Origin: Macrostomum hystrix
Taxonomy: Eukaryota > Animalia > Platyhelminthes
Length of the DNA stretch: 64,000 nucleotides
Assembly (NCBI GenBank): GCA_950097015.1
Contig: CATNEN010000001.1
Coordinates: 14,384,001-14,448,000, forward strand
Reading direction: 5' to 3'
Below the pieces are notes generated by a model. The model searched no databases. It was not told the origin of the DNA and saw only the letters and a program-made list of their open reading frames with translations. Made by a program: the position numbers and the translations under genes. Positions 19,177 through 30,465 of the stretch are shown piece by piece (within the stretch, counting starts at the first letter, position 1; each line of letters begins with the position of its first letter).

Positions 19177-20727
19177 ATTACCCAGGCTTTCAGGGCGATA
19201 ATGGGAAAGCCAGAGGGCGCCGAAGGCGCCCGAGGGATTTCTCATTATCGCCCGCAAAGCCTTGGTAATACTGTGATTGTACCATAGACTATGTGGCTGA
19301 GTAACAAGACAAACCATATCAGCCATAGACAAAATGATTTAATCACAAACTATACAGTTCAATTATAAGATAAAGAATAATGAAGCAAAGAGAAGCAAAC
19401 AACTAGAGAAAGAAGCTAGACTTCTTTATTCTTCACCGTCATATGCTAGATCGACCATGCTGAACTACAAAGCAATTTTAGAGAAAGAAATTTCTGGTCT
19501 CTCATCGGACGAACTTCAATTCGTGACCACGCTTAGTGATGGACGGCGCGAGGAAGAAGCTGTATATCAGTCCACGGGACTGCCAGTACTTGAGACGGAA
19601 ATGATTGAGAGTTTTCTGGCTGAAGTGTCCACATGTAAGGCTTTGACTGACGAAAATCTGAATGAAATTGCCAAGATGGAGGACTTAGGCAAAGTCTGGT
19701 CTACTGAGAAGGCAACAGCTACGTACGCCGCTCGTTTCCGAAAATTTCTTGACGATCGAGGACTGCCATCGCAACTTGAGACAATACCGACTCGATATTT
19801 ATGTCACTATCTGCGCCTGTATTTTTCGGTAGTTAAAAAGGATGATGGAACGGCGTACAGTTGCAGTTCGCTGGTATGCATGCGCGCAGGAATCTACCGG
19901 TATTTGAAGAATTTACGAGGTTTGGATATCATCGGCAATGTTGAATTTAGCGCTTTTGAGAAGACTTTCAAAGCTGCTCTTACGTACTCTCTGAAGAAAC
20001 CTGTTTCGGTGATGGATGGTGACGGTGGGTATCGAGCATTGGAGCCTGAAGATTTGGCGTTGTTGCATGCGTACTTCGACCGGAGCTCGCCACAGAAACT
20101 GCAACAGGAAGTCTTCTTTGTCCTGAGCTCACACTTTGCCTTTCGTGGACGTGAATGGATTCGAGCGCTTGAGAAAAAAGATGTCATTCTGCGGGAATCC
20201 ACCGGAGGTATGACGTGCGTTGACTTGCAGAAAGAAAAGAAAGAAAAGTGTGTGTCCGCCGATGCCCCTCGGTCCAATCGCGAGATTGGGATTTTTCCTG
20301 TGCAAGACAAATCTGTGCCCAGTTGAAGCGATCAAACTGTATCTTTCGAAGCTTCCATCTGAGAACGGCTCTCTGTTTCCCAGGCCTGCCGTCAAGTGGC
20401 AGAATGGAGCATGGTATTGCCCAAAAGATGTATTGGGCAAGAACACATTGGCCAGCATGATGAAGACGATCTCGAAAGCGGCCAGGCTCTCGCGGGACTA
20501 CACCAACCATTCGATCCGCGCAACAACCATAACAAACCTGTCTTCTGCTGGATTCAGTGCCGAAGCGATTCAAACCGTCTCTGGGCACAAAAAGGTGGAT
20601 AGTGTTGTCCGTTATACAAAGCGGACAACAGTGGCCCAGAAGCGCGCATTGTCTTCGGCTATCACAGATAGTCTACATGCCTCTCTGAATATCAGCCCGC
20701 CCGATAGCCACGTAGTCATGGTACAAT
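19177..20727 (+). mobile_element. Crypton-like tyrosine-recombinase element 2: hairpin - IR - YR - IR
   Basis: 46-bp-arm hairpin 19176-19270 with GAA loop 19222-19224; IR ATTGTACCATAGACTATGTGGCT 19276-19298 / AGCCACGTAGTCATGGTACAAT 20706-20727 (1 mismatch, 1 indel). Confidence 0.8.
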
Positions 20728-20744
20728 GCTACTATTGCTTCTGA
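19457..20744 (+). pseudogene. Tyrosine recombinase 2 split by one frameshift near 20315
   Basis: ORF 19457-20326 (YFDRSSPQKLQQE..HFAFRGREW) continues in ORF 20220-20744 (CPVEAI..GKNTLASMM..NHSIRAT..SGHK..VRY). Confidence 0.85.
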
Positions 20745-21863
20745 GGCTATAAAAGTTTAATTTCTATAGTTTTGTGCAATCGGCATAAATTCATATGTTA
20801 CTTGAAAAGAGCTTAATAAACAAGTTTTGTTAACCAACAGAAGCTAGTTTTGCTGTCCCTCCAATGATCTGAAAAGTGGGGCGATGGTCTTTCCTGGAAG
20901 AAAAATGTTTATTCGTCTCCTGGGAATTCTCGAGCATGCTTCCAAGTCACTGGGCAGATCGATCTAAGTGGCCGAAAAAATGATCGAAGAACAACTACTG
21001 CTACTGCTGCTGCTGCTGCTGCGACTCCTTGAGTTGGACCGATGTCTCTGGAGTACCGCCCCGGCCTCTTGCCCCAGGACACGGCCCTACAACTAGAAGG
21101 GAAAGTTAAAAAGATTATCAAGCTAGGCGGTCAGAAATTCTTTATGAAGTTACCAAGCAGCTCTTTGGTGGATCCTCGTTAAGCTTTGGATCAGTCCATT
21201 TGGGAGCTGCCGAGTGTTAAAGTGTGCCAATTTTTGTTATACAGCGACTACAAGATGACCTATCTCTAGAGTCTTGAAACTCATCATTTACTGCTTGGAG
21301 CGAGGCAAGCAAGTTCACTCGGTGCTGAGGAGTTTCTCAATTTGCTATCCAATCATTGGCCTAGTTCTCTTCTGGCTTGGGGGGCCCACAGCTAGAGTTT
21401 AGCCTGCAGCGATAATACACTGCGCTCTATATTATGTGTGTATTTGTACAGCACGCGCACTTGTGCTTGTCTCCCTCTATAATTTCATTTGGCGCAGAGG
21501 TCTCATTAGGGACAGGCTCCTGAGTCACTGCGATAATAAGAAAACTTATTCCAGTGCATTATAAGGTGTACGAGAGGTTTATAATCTGCGCCAAGATGGT
21601 GGGTTCTAGAAAATTACCACGTACCACTGGCTTGCTACAATAGGTCGATAATGACTGCTGCGCGAATTGACGATAAATCTATCGATTCCCCAAAAATCCG
21701 AAATCCCTATTTTTGGGTTCTGAAAATTATTCGTCTACTTTAAAAGCGTCTGTAGTTTTTTTAAACTGGTGTTTGATATCATCGATATCCTCCATGGTAA
21801 CAAAAGAATTGCTTCACAAAAATCTTCAGACTTCTTCGGGACATCCTTAATCCTACATCTCCA

Positions 21864-21995
21864 GCATCCTTCTGAAGTATCTCCAACATCCTTCTGAAGT
21901 ATCTCCAACATCCTTCTGAAGTATCTCCAACATCCTTCTGAAGTATCTCCAACATCCTTCTGAAGTATCTCCAAAATCCTTCTCAGGTATCTCGA
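21864..21995. repeat. 22-bp tandem repeat (CATCCTTCTGAAGTATCTCCAA)n, ~6 units
   Basis: Direct inspection. Confidence 0.9.
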
Positions 21996-22060
21996 ACATC
22001 TTTCTGTAGTGTCGAAATCAGTAAGAATTACTTCCGACATTCCTTCCGACATGCTTCAAT

Positions 22061-23080
22061 ACCTGACAACGTGCCACCGCCTCCCCTATCGCCTAACGAC
22101 AGGATCCACTTCGCAGCGGAACTCGCCAAACCGACCAACCGGGAGGATCCCCCGCACGTCAGACGCCAAGCCGCACTGGAGACGCTGGACCGGCTTCCGG
22201 AACCCGCCTTGGAACTCTGGACCGACGGCTCGGCCTCCGGAGGCACCAATAGAGGCGGATCCGGTGCGGCCCTGTTCATCCGCGGAGCCGCGCCAATCTA
22301 CCTGACTGCTCCAGCGGGCGCTTTCAGCTCTTCTTTTAGGGCGGAGGAGTGTGCCCTCCGCATTGGTCTCCTCGCAGCCCTGGAGCGCGTCCCATGGCCC
22401 AGTACGGCAGAACTGCGTTGCGCCACTGATTCGCAGGCCCTCATCCGATCGCTCGAACAAGGCCCGCACTCTCACCTGTCCCCCTGCTGCCGGGACATCT
22501 GGCGCCTCCTCCTCAAAGTCCCCGCGGACCACCACGTGACTATCCAATGGGTCCCAGGACACTGTGACCTGAGGCGCAACGATCTGGCGGACAACCTTGC
22601 AAAAGACGCCGCTAGACTCCCACAAGACCAAGCGGAAATCGACCTAAACAGTGCCGAGTCCGCGATCCGCGGCACACTGGCCGCCGAGGCTCGCGCTGCC
22701 TAAGAAGCGGACCCGCGCTGCCGGACGCACCGCGCTGCCTTCCGCGACGACCGCAGATCCGAGGCGACTCTCAGCAGACGCGAGCTGATCACGCTAGCGC
22801 AACTTCGCACGGGCCACTCGCCTCTGCTGGCCCAGTACCGCCACCGGATTGACCAAGAACAGCCCGCGTCCTGCGGGCACTGCGGACACCAGGAGGAGGA
22901 CCTGAAGCATGTGATGCTGGAATGCCCAGCTCACGCCCAGACCCGCAACCGCGTCCTCGGCCCTAACCCGACGCTGGCCATCCTCTCCGATGACGGCCCC
23001 CGTGTCCTGTCCTATCTCCAGGCGATAGGGTCGCTGACACGACCCCCGGACCTGCCCGGCCAGGAACGTCTAACTAACTA
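22061..23080 (+). mobile_element. 5'-truncated non-LTR retrotransposon (RNase H + C-terminal CCHC; I-group-like)
   Basis: WTDGSA..AE..TDSQA..QWVPGH..NDLADNLAK; LAQLRTGH..CGHC..H...EC after an in-frame TAA at 22701; (TAAC)n tail; 12-bp TSD ACATGCTTCAAT 22049-22060 / 23081-23092. Confidence 0.9.
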
Positions 23081-23692
23081 ACATGCTTCAATCATATATT
23101 CGCCAACATGGAGGGCCACATTGAAATTTTCTTTGGTAACCTGGCTCGCATAATGCTTAATTAAACTTGGCTGAGGATGATGTTTCAAGACATTCTCGTA
23201 AAACTCTCAAAGTTTATTTTAGAGAAAGTAAAACTTGTGAAATGATTTCTTGACTATCATGTCGTGAAACTTAATAGCATCCGCTTGACCCAAAGCTCAG
23301 TTTCATGATGTTCGTATGCAATTGAACTCTTTTTTTCTGACTTTATTGGCCCTCTTTGGCCATATGGCCTCTTTCTCTTTTAATTTCCAGTCAATTAAGG
23401 AGCACTTTAGAATTTTCGTCTCATACATTGGAGGGCCGAAGCACTCATCCTCTGCGGGGAGGGGAACGGCACGCTCTCATCCCATGGAATGTGACAGCTG
23501 GGCGGGAGGCTTGCGGAGAGGGTCTCTTCCGAATCGATCTGAAAACTCGACTGACTGTGCGAGTTCCCATGGGAAACCCTTTTTTAAATAATGCCTCTTC
23601 CTCACACTGTTGGTGCGTCTCAGTTTCCCCAAAACAAAACAACACAAAACTCTCCCCGCTTTTACCACTCGCCACCAATGGTTGCACTTCGC

Positions 23693-23732
23693 CAGACAGA
23701 CAGACAGACACCCTGGACAGACCGACACGCAG

Positions 23733-23765
<33 letters not shown>

Positions 23766-23860
23766 CAAGACAGACAGACAGACAGACAGAGAGACAGACA
23801 GACAGTAAGACAGACAGACAGACAGACACCCAGCACAAACAGACAGACAGACAGACAGAC

Positions 23861-23929
<69 letters not shown>

Positions 23930-23953
23930 ACCACCACAGACAGACAGACAGAC

Positions 23954-23986
<33 letters not shown>

Positions 23987-24010
23987 ACCACCACAAACAG
24001 ACAGACAGAT
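23693..24010. repeat. (CAGA)n microsatellite
   Basis: Direct inspection. Confidence 0.95.
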
Positions 24011-24440
24011 GCAAGTAATAATTCTTCCCAGCAGTTTTTCGCAGCAGTCTGTCTCATTTACAAAACAGCAGACAAGTCATTGTCCAATCAGACGCATTTT
24101 CATATATTCCGGAGCGAGCTGAGAGACAGTGCTCACTCAATCAATGACGTTTTTTCTCTCTGGCCGTTGTGCTCAAAGTTGGGCGAGCGAAAACTAAACA
24201 CGCGTACAAGATTGCATCCACGCAGGCCTAGCATGATTGAGTGGATTTGGGGGCCCGAGCGACCGGTCTGGATTGCCAAAACTATACAGCGAAAAACCCT
24301 GATCAGATCAGAAAGATACATTCTGCTAACTCTGCTTTCACTTCAAAAGCGACAAATGAGCGAGTGCTGGTTTATGCGGAAGCCAGAAACTGCTAAAGAA
24401 TACTCATTCACAAAATCTGGGAGTGAAAGGATAGGAGATT

Positions 24441-24590
24441 AGAGAACAGGAGAGGAGAGGAGATTAGAGAACAGGAGAGGAGAGGAGAGGAGAGGAGAGG
24501 AGAGGAGAGGAGAGGAGAGGAGAGGAGAGGAGAGGAGAGGAGAGGAGAGGAGAGGACAGGACAGGACAGGACAGGAAAGGAGAGGAGAGA
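24441..24590. repeat. (GGAGA)n/(GGACA)n microsatellite
   Basis: Direct inspection. Confidence 0.95.
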
Positions 24591-26450
24591 TAAATATTTT
24601 CAGGAGGACACACGCCAAGCACAATATACTCATAATTAAAGTCTTTGACTAAAACAACGGAAGACTAGAATAAGCTTTGAAGAGGGTGGCGCGCACAATG
24701 AGCTGATGATGCTGGATCCGAAGCTGCTCCGTAGCAGCGTAGGTTTTTTCGATTTCCCCTGAGAGTTGTCGTCACTGCAGGCCGCGAAAACTTTTGAGCG
24801 AGGCAATTTCTGACACGAAGGCTGGGCGAGTTCTAGCGGAAGGGGGATTTTTCGTACAGCCAGACAGACTTAGAAGGGACGAGAATTTTCACATAAATTC
24901 CCCAGGCCTGATAGAATTCTGCTGAAAACAAAAAATGTGTCTCTTTTGTTTGCGACGATTCTGATGTCATGTTTATCTTCGAGATTATCTGCGTAGCTGC
25001 AGTTTTGTTATTTTATGTTCTGTCTCTGATTGATCGGTTGGGTATCAGTCTGATCTATCTTCTATTAATCGGGTAAAGTGAGGCTTTGTTCTGTATTGTA
25101 GGTCGCAAATTCAATCACTGATCTGCACTGTTCCTATGCGGTGCCATCTAACCAAGGCCTAATGGCATCACTGCGCTATATCAGCCCTGAGCCTCAATGC
25201 GAATTTTACCTTAGCAAGGCAAATACCACGGGAGGTATTACTACGAATACTCGAACCCACATCTTTCTTTTTTCAATAGAAGGTTGGGGAGATGAGAAGG
25301 TTGGGGAGATGAGAAGGTTGGGGAGATAAGTAGGTTAGGGAGAATCTCCCAAAATATTCAAACCATCGCCATGAAAATCCAGAACAGGGCCAAACATTTT
25401 CCGCTCTATCCGATAAAACATCGGCATCATCATCAAGATATTAAACGATTCTCGTGAGGCTTTCTGGTGGCAAAAACTACCAATATAGCAATAAGCAATA
25501 AAGCAATGTTAGTTGCCCTTGCCATCGGGATTTTCGACAAGAATCGCTGAACATCTCATCGATGCTGACGTCGGATGGTTTTGAAAGCAGTTCGTCGTAA
25601 ATGATGGACTTTCACGAAAATCGATGACTCGGTTCGGGAGCTGTCATGAAGTAGGCAGTGGGAATTTTAAATATCCCCCTTTGGTCTTTCCCCAGGGTCT
25701 TTCTACTGTAAAAAGTCTGTCTTTCATAGAAAAAATCCCAATCCCAACACGCAGCCTTTCACGTTTGTCTTTGATTTGAGACAAAGTCAACAGACCCGTT
25801 TGGATTGGCAAAGCTAGGCTACAGTTCGCTTGTACTTTTCCACCACGCAACTGGTTAGTTTCAAGCCCATGTTATTGTTTTCCTTTCAAACGGCTCTCTG
25901 ACCATTTTGAAGCTTCAAGTTACCTGTGTGTACCTAATATGAAGCATCTTTAACTAGTGTCTTGAGGCAGTCACTAAAAGTGGTGTACATAACATGCCAT
26001 AATGCTTACCACGATGTCTGTTTGTTTTCCATTAAAGAAATTAAAAGTTCTCCTATTGTAATTAGTCATAAGTTCTATATTTCCCAATTTGGTGGGTCTT
26101 TAATATATTTAATACATAAAATGTATGATCGAATCAGCTTGAACAACTAAAAAAGTACTCAACTCAACTCAAGGGTTGTTCGTCTCATTATAGCAAAAGT
26201 TAAATTAAAAAGATTTTTAAAAAATAAACAGATATTCCCAGATAAAAACTAGATTTTTTCTTCTAGATAAGGGGCTTGCTGATTTGTTAATATCTTTAAG
26301 TGGTGTCATGCAGTGCTGTGTTTTGTACTCGTAGTTTCGTTTCAATGCATGCGATGAACAGATGATGAGAAAACAGAAGTCAATGCGGTCAAGGCCTATA
26401 CAACAACAGCAACGCCCACACAGCTCAAGTCTTCCCTCAATAAAGCCAAC

Positions 26451-27504
26451 CTAAAAGAAGGCGATTGACTGATCTGTCGGGTGAACAACTGCGGGCGCTG
26501 ACGAGGCTTGTCTGGCAGCTGCCGATGCCACTAGCTGGCCAGCTGCCGCAGTCTCGGCTCTCCTATCCGACAGCCTGGACACTGTGCTGATCTGCCCGCA
26601 AGTGCATCGTCTGAGACGCCGCGGTACCCCAGAGTTCAGAGCTCGCCTAACCAGCCTCTCGGCAGCCGCTTCGAAGTGCACCGACGGTTGACCTGCACTT
26701 TCGACTGAGTTCGATTTGCCAGTTGCGTGAGTCGCTTCTTCTTCATCCTCTTGCTCGTCGTCTTCCTCGTCGTCGAACTCTTCATCGTCGAGTTCGGCCG
26801 TCGGCTCGTCGAGGCTAGAACTGCGGCGACAGCCGCATTCAATGCAGCGACCGTCAACCTAGAGTTCATGGGTTCGAGAGCTCATGAGTGAGTTATGTGA
26901 GTTAAGTGAGGTGTGTGGTTCATGATTCCCGTGAATTTACTTGCGTTACGGTCGCAACAGCTGAAGAAATCGAATACGATGACAAGTCTCCGCCGGGAGT
27001 CTCTGTCGTCTCCGTGGCGCCATCGTCATAGTCGTCGCCATCCCAGCAGCCGCCGCCTCCCCTAGCCAGGAGCCTTTCCTCGTCGAGATCCTTCCGACGC
27101 CTGGTGACGTAGAGGCCACAGAGAAAGACTCCGGCGATCAGGCAGAGGCCGAAGGCTGAGCAGAGCAGGGCCAACGTCTCAAACAAGCCGAGCTCGCGAC
27201 GCCTGCCGACCGCCAGGAGTCGCACCTGGAGCGTCGAATTTCCATAGGCATTCACATCACCCACGTCTTGATCAGCGGAGCCTCCACTACCGCCGCTGTT
27301 AAATATAAAGCTAATGAGAAAGACAACGCTGGCAATGGAGGACAGCACAAAGCCTATGTAAAACAGTTTCTGAGCTCCGGCGCAGTCCTTCTTGTAGTTG
27401 TAGGGCGCCGGCGTTAGAGCTCTCAGTTGGCGACGTCCTCGGCGATGGCCTCGACGAAGGAAGCGACGCAAGCGAGGAAGGGCTTGCTGCTGCTGCTGCT
27501 GCAT
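26451..27504 (-). CDS. Two-exon uncharacterised membrane protein (~323 aa; 2 TM helices, acidic C-terminal tract)
   Basis: Exon 27504-26941 (188 codons, CAA|gtaaat) joins exon 26858-26451 (ctctag|GTT, 136 codons) in phase 0; TM YIGFVLSSIASVVFLISFIF and LALLCSAFGLCLIAGVFLCGLYV; DDEEFDDEEDDEQEDEEE. Confidence 0.7.
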
Positions 27505-28498
27505 TTTTCGTTTAATCAATTCTCACGAAGGGCTTAAAGATGACTGCGCTCTCAACCAGCAGCTGTGAGCACCAAGGCTCAGAGTTTTGAGGTTTTGCTC
27601 AGCTTGGAGGACGGGGTGGATTCCGTTTAGTGGTTTTTTCTGAAGTGAGGAGGGAACTTGGGTTTTTGGAGGGCCTGTGAATGCCTCTTTGAAATGCGTC
27701 TGCCTCAGAGTCCAACTTGCAGCCAATCATTGAGGCCTGGCTCCCTATCTTTTTTCTGACTTGCTGTCCTCTCTCTCCGTTCAGTTCCCATCCCAAGCAG
27801 GTCTGATTATTGCGTTTCGTTTCCTGCCACTCTCAGCAGAGCTACCCTGTGGAAATGCGTTAACAGTTTGCTTAGTGGCCATTTGGAGCAGCAAAGTTGT
27901 TTTGCAACTATTATAAAACTGCTGATTGAAAATAGGGCCATTTATCTGTTTCTATGTTTAGTTTTTACGTACTTCCAGAGTTTCAGATCGACAGCTCAAA
28001 TTATATTTAAGACGCTGCTTTCTTCTGAAAGGGGAGGCAGAACTGATCCTAGTCTAACTTCTTTAGTTTTTTTATCAAAAAATAAATTTTCGAGTAGAAG
28101 ATTTTGGCTTTTTTAAATGCGCTTGTTGACTTGGCCAATCGGATCGTGTGGAGTTGAACATGATCAAGCATTAATTATCACAAGATCAGCCTGTGCATCT
28201 AGTCTTAGACAAAGACAAAAAACTGGTTATAAATTATTATTCATGCTACTTTTAGTACTATAAGTCAAGGCGTACGAGTATGTTCTGATTGAATGTGGTT
28301 GTGGTTGCTGTGGTTGAATGTCTGAAGTTACGAGTTAAGCAAAAAGCATAGGAAATCGCAGAAGCAAGTACTGGGCTAGAAGTACTCGTTGCAAACTGCT
28401 GCAAACAGCAGTACTGGATGTACTGCTCACCATAACATGGCGCTGCAGAGTAACTAACATTGAAAACGTCCTGCTGTTTGCACAGTCTATAATCTATC

Positions 28499-30465
28499 AT
28501 AAGCACTTTCATACGAAACACTGTAAATATACACATAGAGACAGATACAGCAGTCAGCTATCTAGCTTTCTAGAATGGCAAAGCTTTTCACAGTATAGAC
28601 ATTCCGCGTAGTGAACTGCCACAGGTACGAGTACATAATGCTGCCCTGGGATAATTATCAGGTTTTCTGTTTACCCAATCCCATTTGTACACAAAGTGGC
28701 TTCTCTCAGAAAGAAATCAAACAAATTTTGGGCTAGCTGAAAATTACGATCAAGTAGCCAGCGAAATTTTAACGAATGAAATATTTGCTTAACAATTTTG
28801 ACACCTGGCTGCATTTTTAACTACCACACACGCAAGCACTGAAGCTGAAACTCACAAGCTCTCGCAGTGAAGAATGCTGGTCAACGCACTAGCCAAGTAC
28901 GCAAACGATGCCACCACTCACAGCCTGTCTCGACTGTCAAGCGACAGACCTCGCTACGTGAAAGCGCTGTGGCTCATTGTGTTTCTAGCATCACTGTCTG
29001 TCTGCATGCTGCGAATCCATGCCATGTACGAGAGCTTCAGGAAGGCCGATCTCAAGACTGACGTTAGAGCAAATGAGCTCAAGTTTGAGTTCCCTGACAT
29101 CTACATCTGCAGCCAGAAGCCCATTTCCGGCAGCAATTTCTTGACTCTGACCGAGGAGGACATTGCTCAGCTGAGTCACTTCAAGCGTCTGGTCAACGAG
29201 AGTGTCGCTGGAATCAGCGCCATCGACTCGGACATGCTGGCTGAGAACTTTGCCATCAGGCTGGCGAACACTCTGCCCTACCAGTTCCTGTCAGACAAGC
29301 TGGGTCGCAAGTCCAACCAGCTCGTGGTGGATTACTACTTCAACGCGATAACCGAGCCAGATATTAGAACTCATCGAACTCCAGACCTGCTCAACTGCTT
29401 CGTTCTGAACTTCAAAGATTCGGACTACCGGGTGTTGCAGAGTCCTTCGAGCTTCCTGCAGATCGGTCTGTTTCTCGACCCCGTTTTTCCAGTTCCCGTG
29501 CACAAGTCCATCGGGGTGGATTTCGACTCTGAGAAATTCCTGCCTCCTGATTTGGACTTCGATTACGGAACTGCTTTCACCACGCCAGCAGGTTTCATAA
29601 TCCGCATAACTCCTCGAGGACAGCATCCGTCTTATGTAGACCCGTCATTGTCCGTTGGCCCGTCCCTCAGCCACCAAGTAGCGATCAGGATGCAAGATAC
29701 AATTTATGACAAAGACATTGGAGAAGGTTTGTGTCTCCCCAATGAGAAAATGGTTGATTTCTTAGACCCATACACAATGGAAAAGACGAGCTTCAAGTAC
29801 ACAGCCGAGATGTGCTTCTACAGAGAGGTGGCTCGCTTGTCTTTTGAGAGATTCAACTGCACTCCTTGGCGACACCCAGTTCTGTGGGAGCATCGTGAGA
29901 TTCCTTCGTGTTTCAATGTGACCCAGTTCCCGAACGGTCCGATCTTGAAAAGCGCGTTAATAAAAGAGCGAGAGGCCATTCTGGTGAATGCGACCTCACT
30001 GTGCGCCGTGAAAGGGCTCTGCCACCAGAGATCGTACAGCTACGACTACTCAGCCAGTCAGTGGCCCACGGAGAGAGGCTGGAACGGATACCTCCGGAAC
30101 TTCATCGCGACCAATTACGTGAACAAGAACGGACCCACACCTGGCCTGTCGTACTTGGTCAACAATGCGACCTTTCAGCAGGTGCGCGATTCGCTGCTCT
30201 ATCTGGAAATCTCAGCCGCCGAATTCCACGGCCAGAAGGTCCACCTGTCCCTCGCCTACAGCTTTAACTCGTTGATAGCGGATGTCGGCGGCCTGCTCGG
30301 CCTCTTCCTTGGCATGTCGCTGTTGTCGGCACTGGAGCTGGTGGAGCTGCTGCACGACTGCTGCCTGCTCGCGTGGCAGCGACTGAAACAGCGGAAGCCG
30401 AATGTATATGCCACAGAGAATGTGTCTGACAAGCCAATAAAATAGGCTGTCTGCTTTTTGAGGTG
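28499..30465 (+). repeat. Right arm of 1967-bp inverted duplication
   Basis: Reverse complement of 14906-16872. Confidence 0.9.
28874..30445 (+). CDS. DEG/ENaC subunit B', inverted near-identical copy of 14926-16497
   Basis: 523 aa, about 10 amino-acid differences from B. Confidence 0.93.
   Translation: MLVNALAKYANDATTHSLSRLSSDRPRYVKALWLIVFLASLSVCMLRIHAMYESFRKADLKTDVRANELKFEFPDIYICSQKPISGSNFLTLTEEDIAQLSHFKRLVNESVAGISAIDSDMLAENFAIRLANTLPYQFLSDKLGRKSNQLVVDYYFNAITEPDIRTHRTPDLLNCFVLNFKDSDYRVLQSPSSFLQIGLFLDPVFPVPVHKSIGVDFDSEKFLPPDLDFDYGTAFTTPAGFIIRITPRGQHPSYVDPSLSVGPSLSHQVAIRMQDTIYDKDIGEGLCLPNEKMVDFLDPYTMEKTSFKYTAEMCFYREVARLSFERFNCTPWRHPVLWEHREIPSCFNVTQFPNGPILKSALIKEREAILVNATSLCAVKGLCHQRSYSYDYSASQWPTERGWNGYLRNFIATNYVNKNGPTPGLSYLVNNATFQQVRDSLLYLEISAAEFHGQKVHLSLAYSFNSLIADVGGLLGLFLGMSLLSALELVELLHDCCLLAWQRLKQRKPNVYATENVSDKPIK

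Noticed and set aside
17483-20744. Bacterial or phage integrase contamination, or a DIRS retroelement
   Set aside because: Motifs are of the animal DUF3504/Crypton type, flanks are host SINE and genes, and no gag/RT lies within the IR-bounded units
20880-21270. Coding-like stretch right of YR2
   Set aside because: Multiple stops and no recognisable homology; cannot support a call
23356-24122. QTDR / LSVC ORFs
   Set aside because: (CAGA)n microsatellite artefacts
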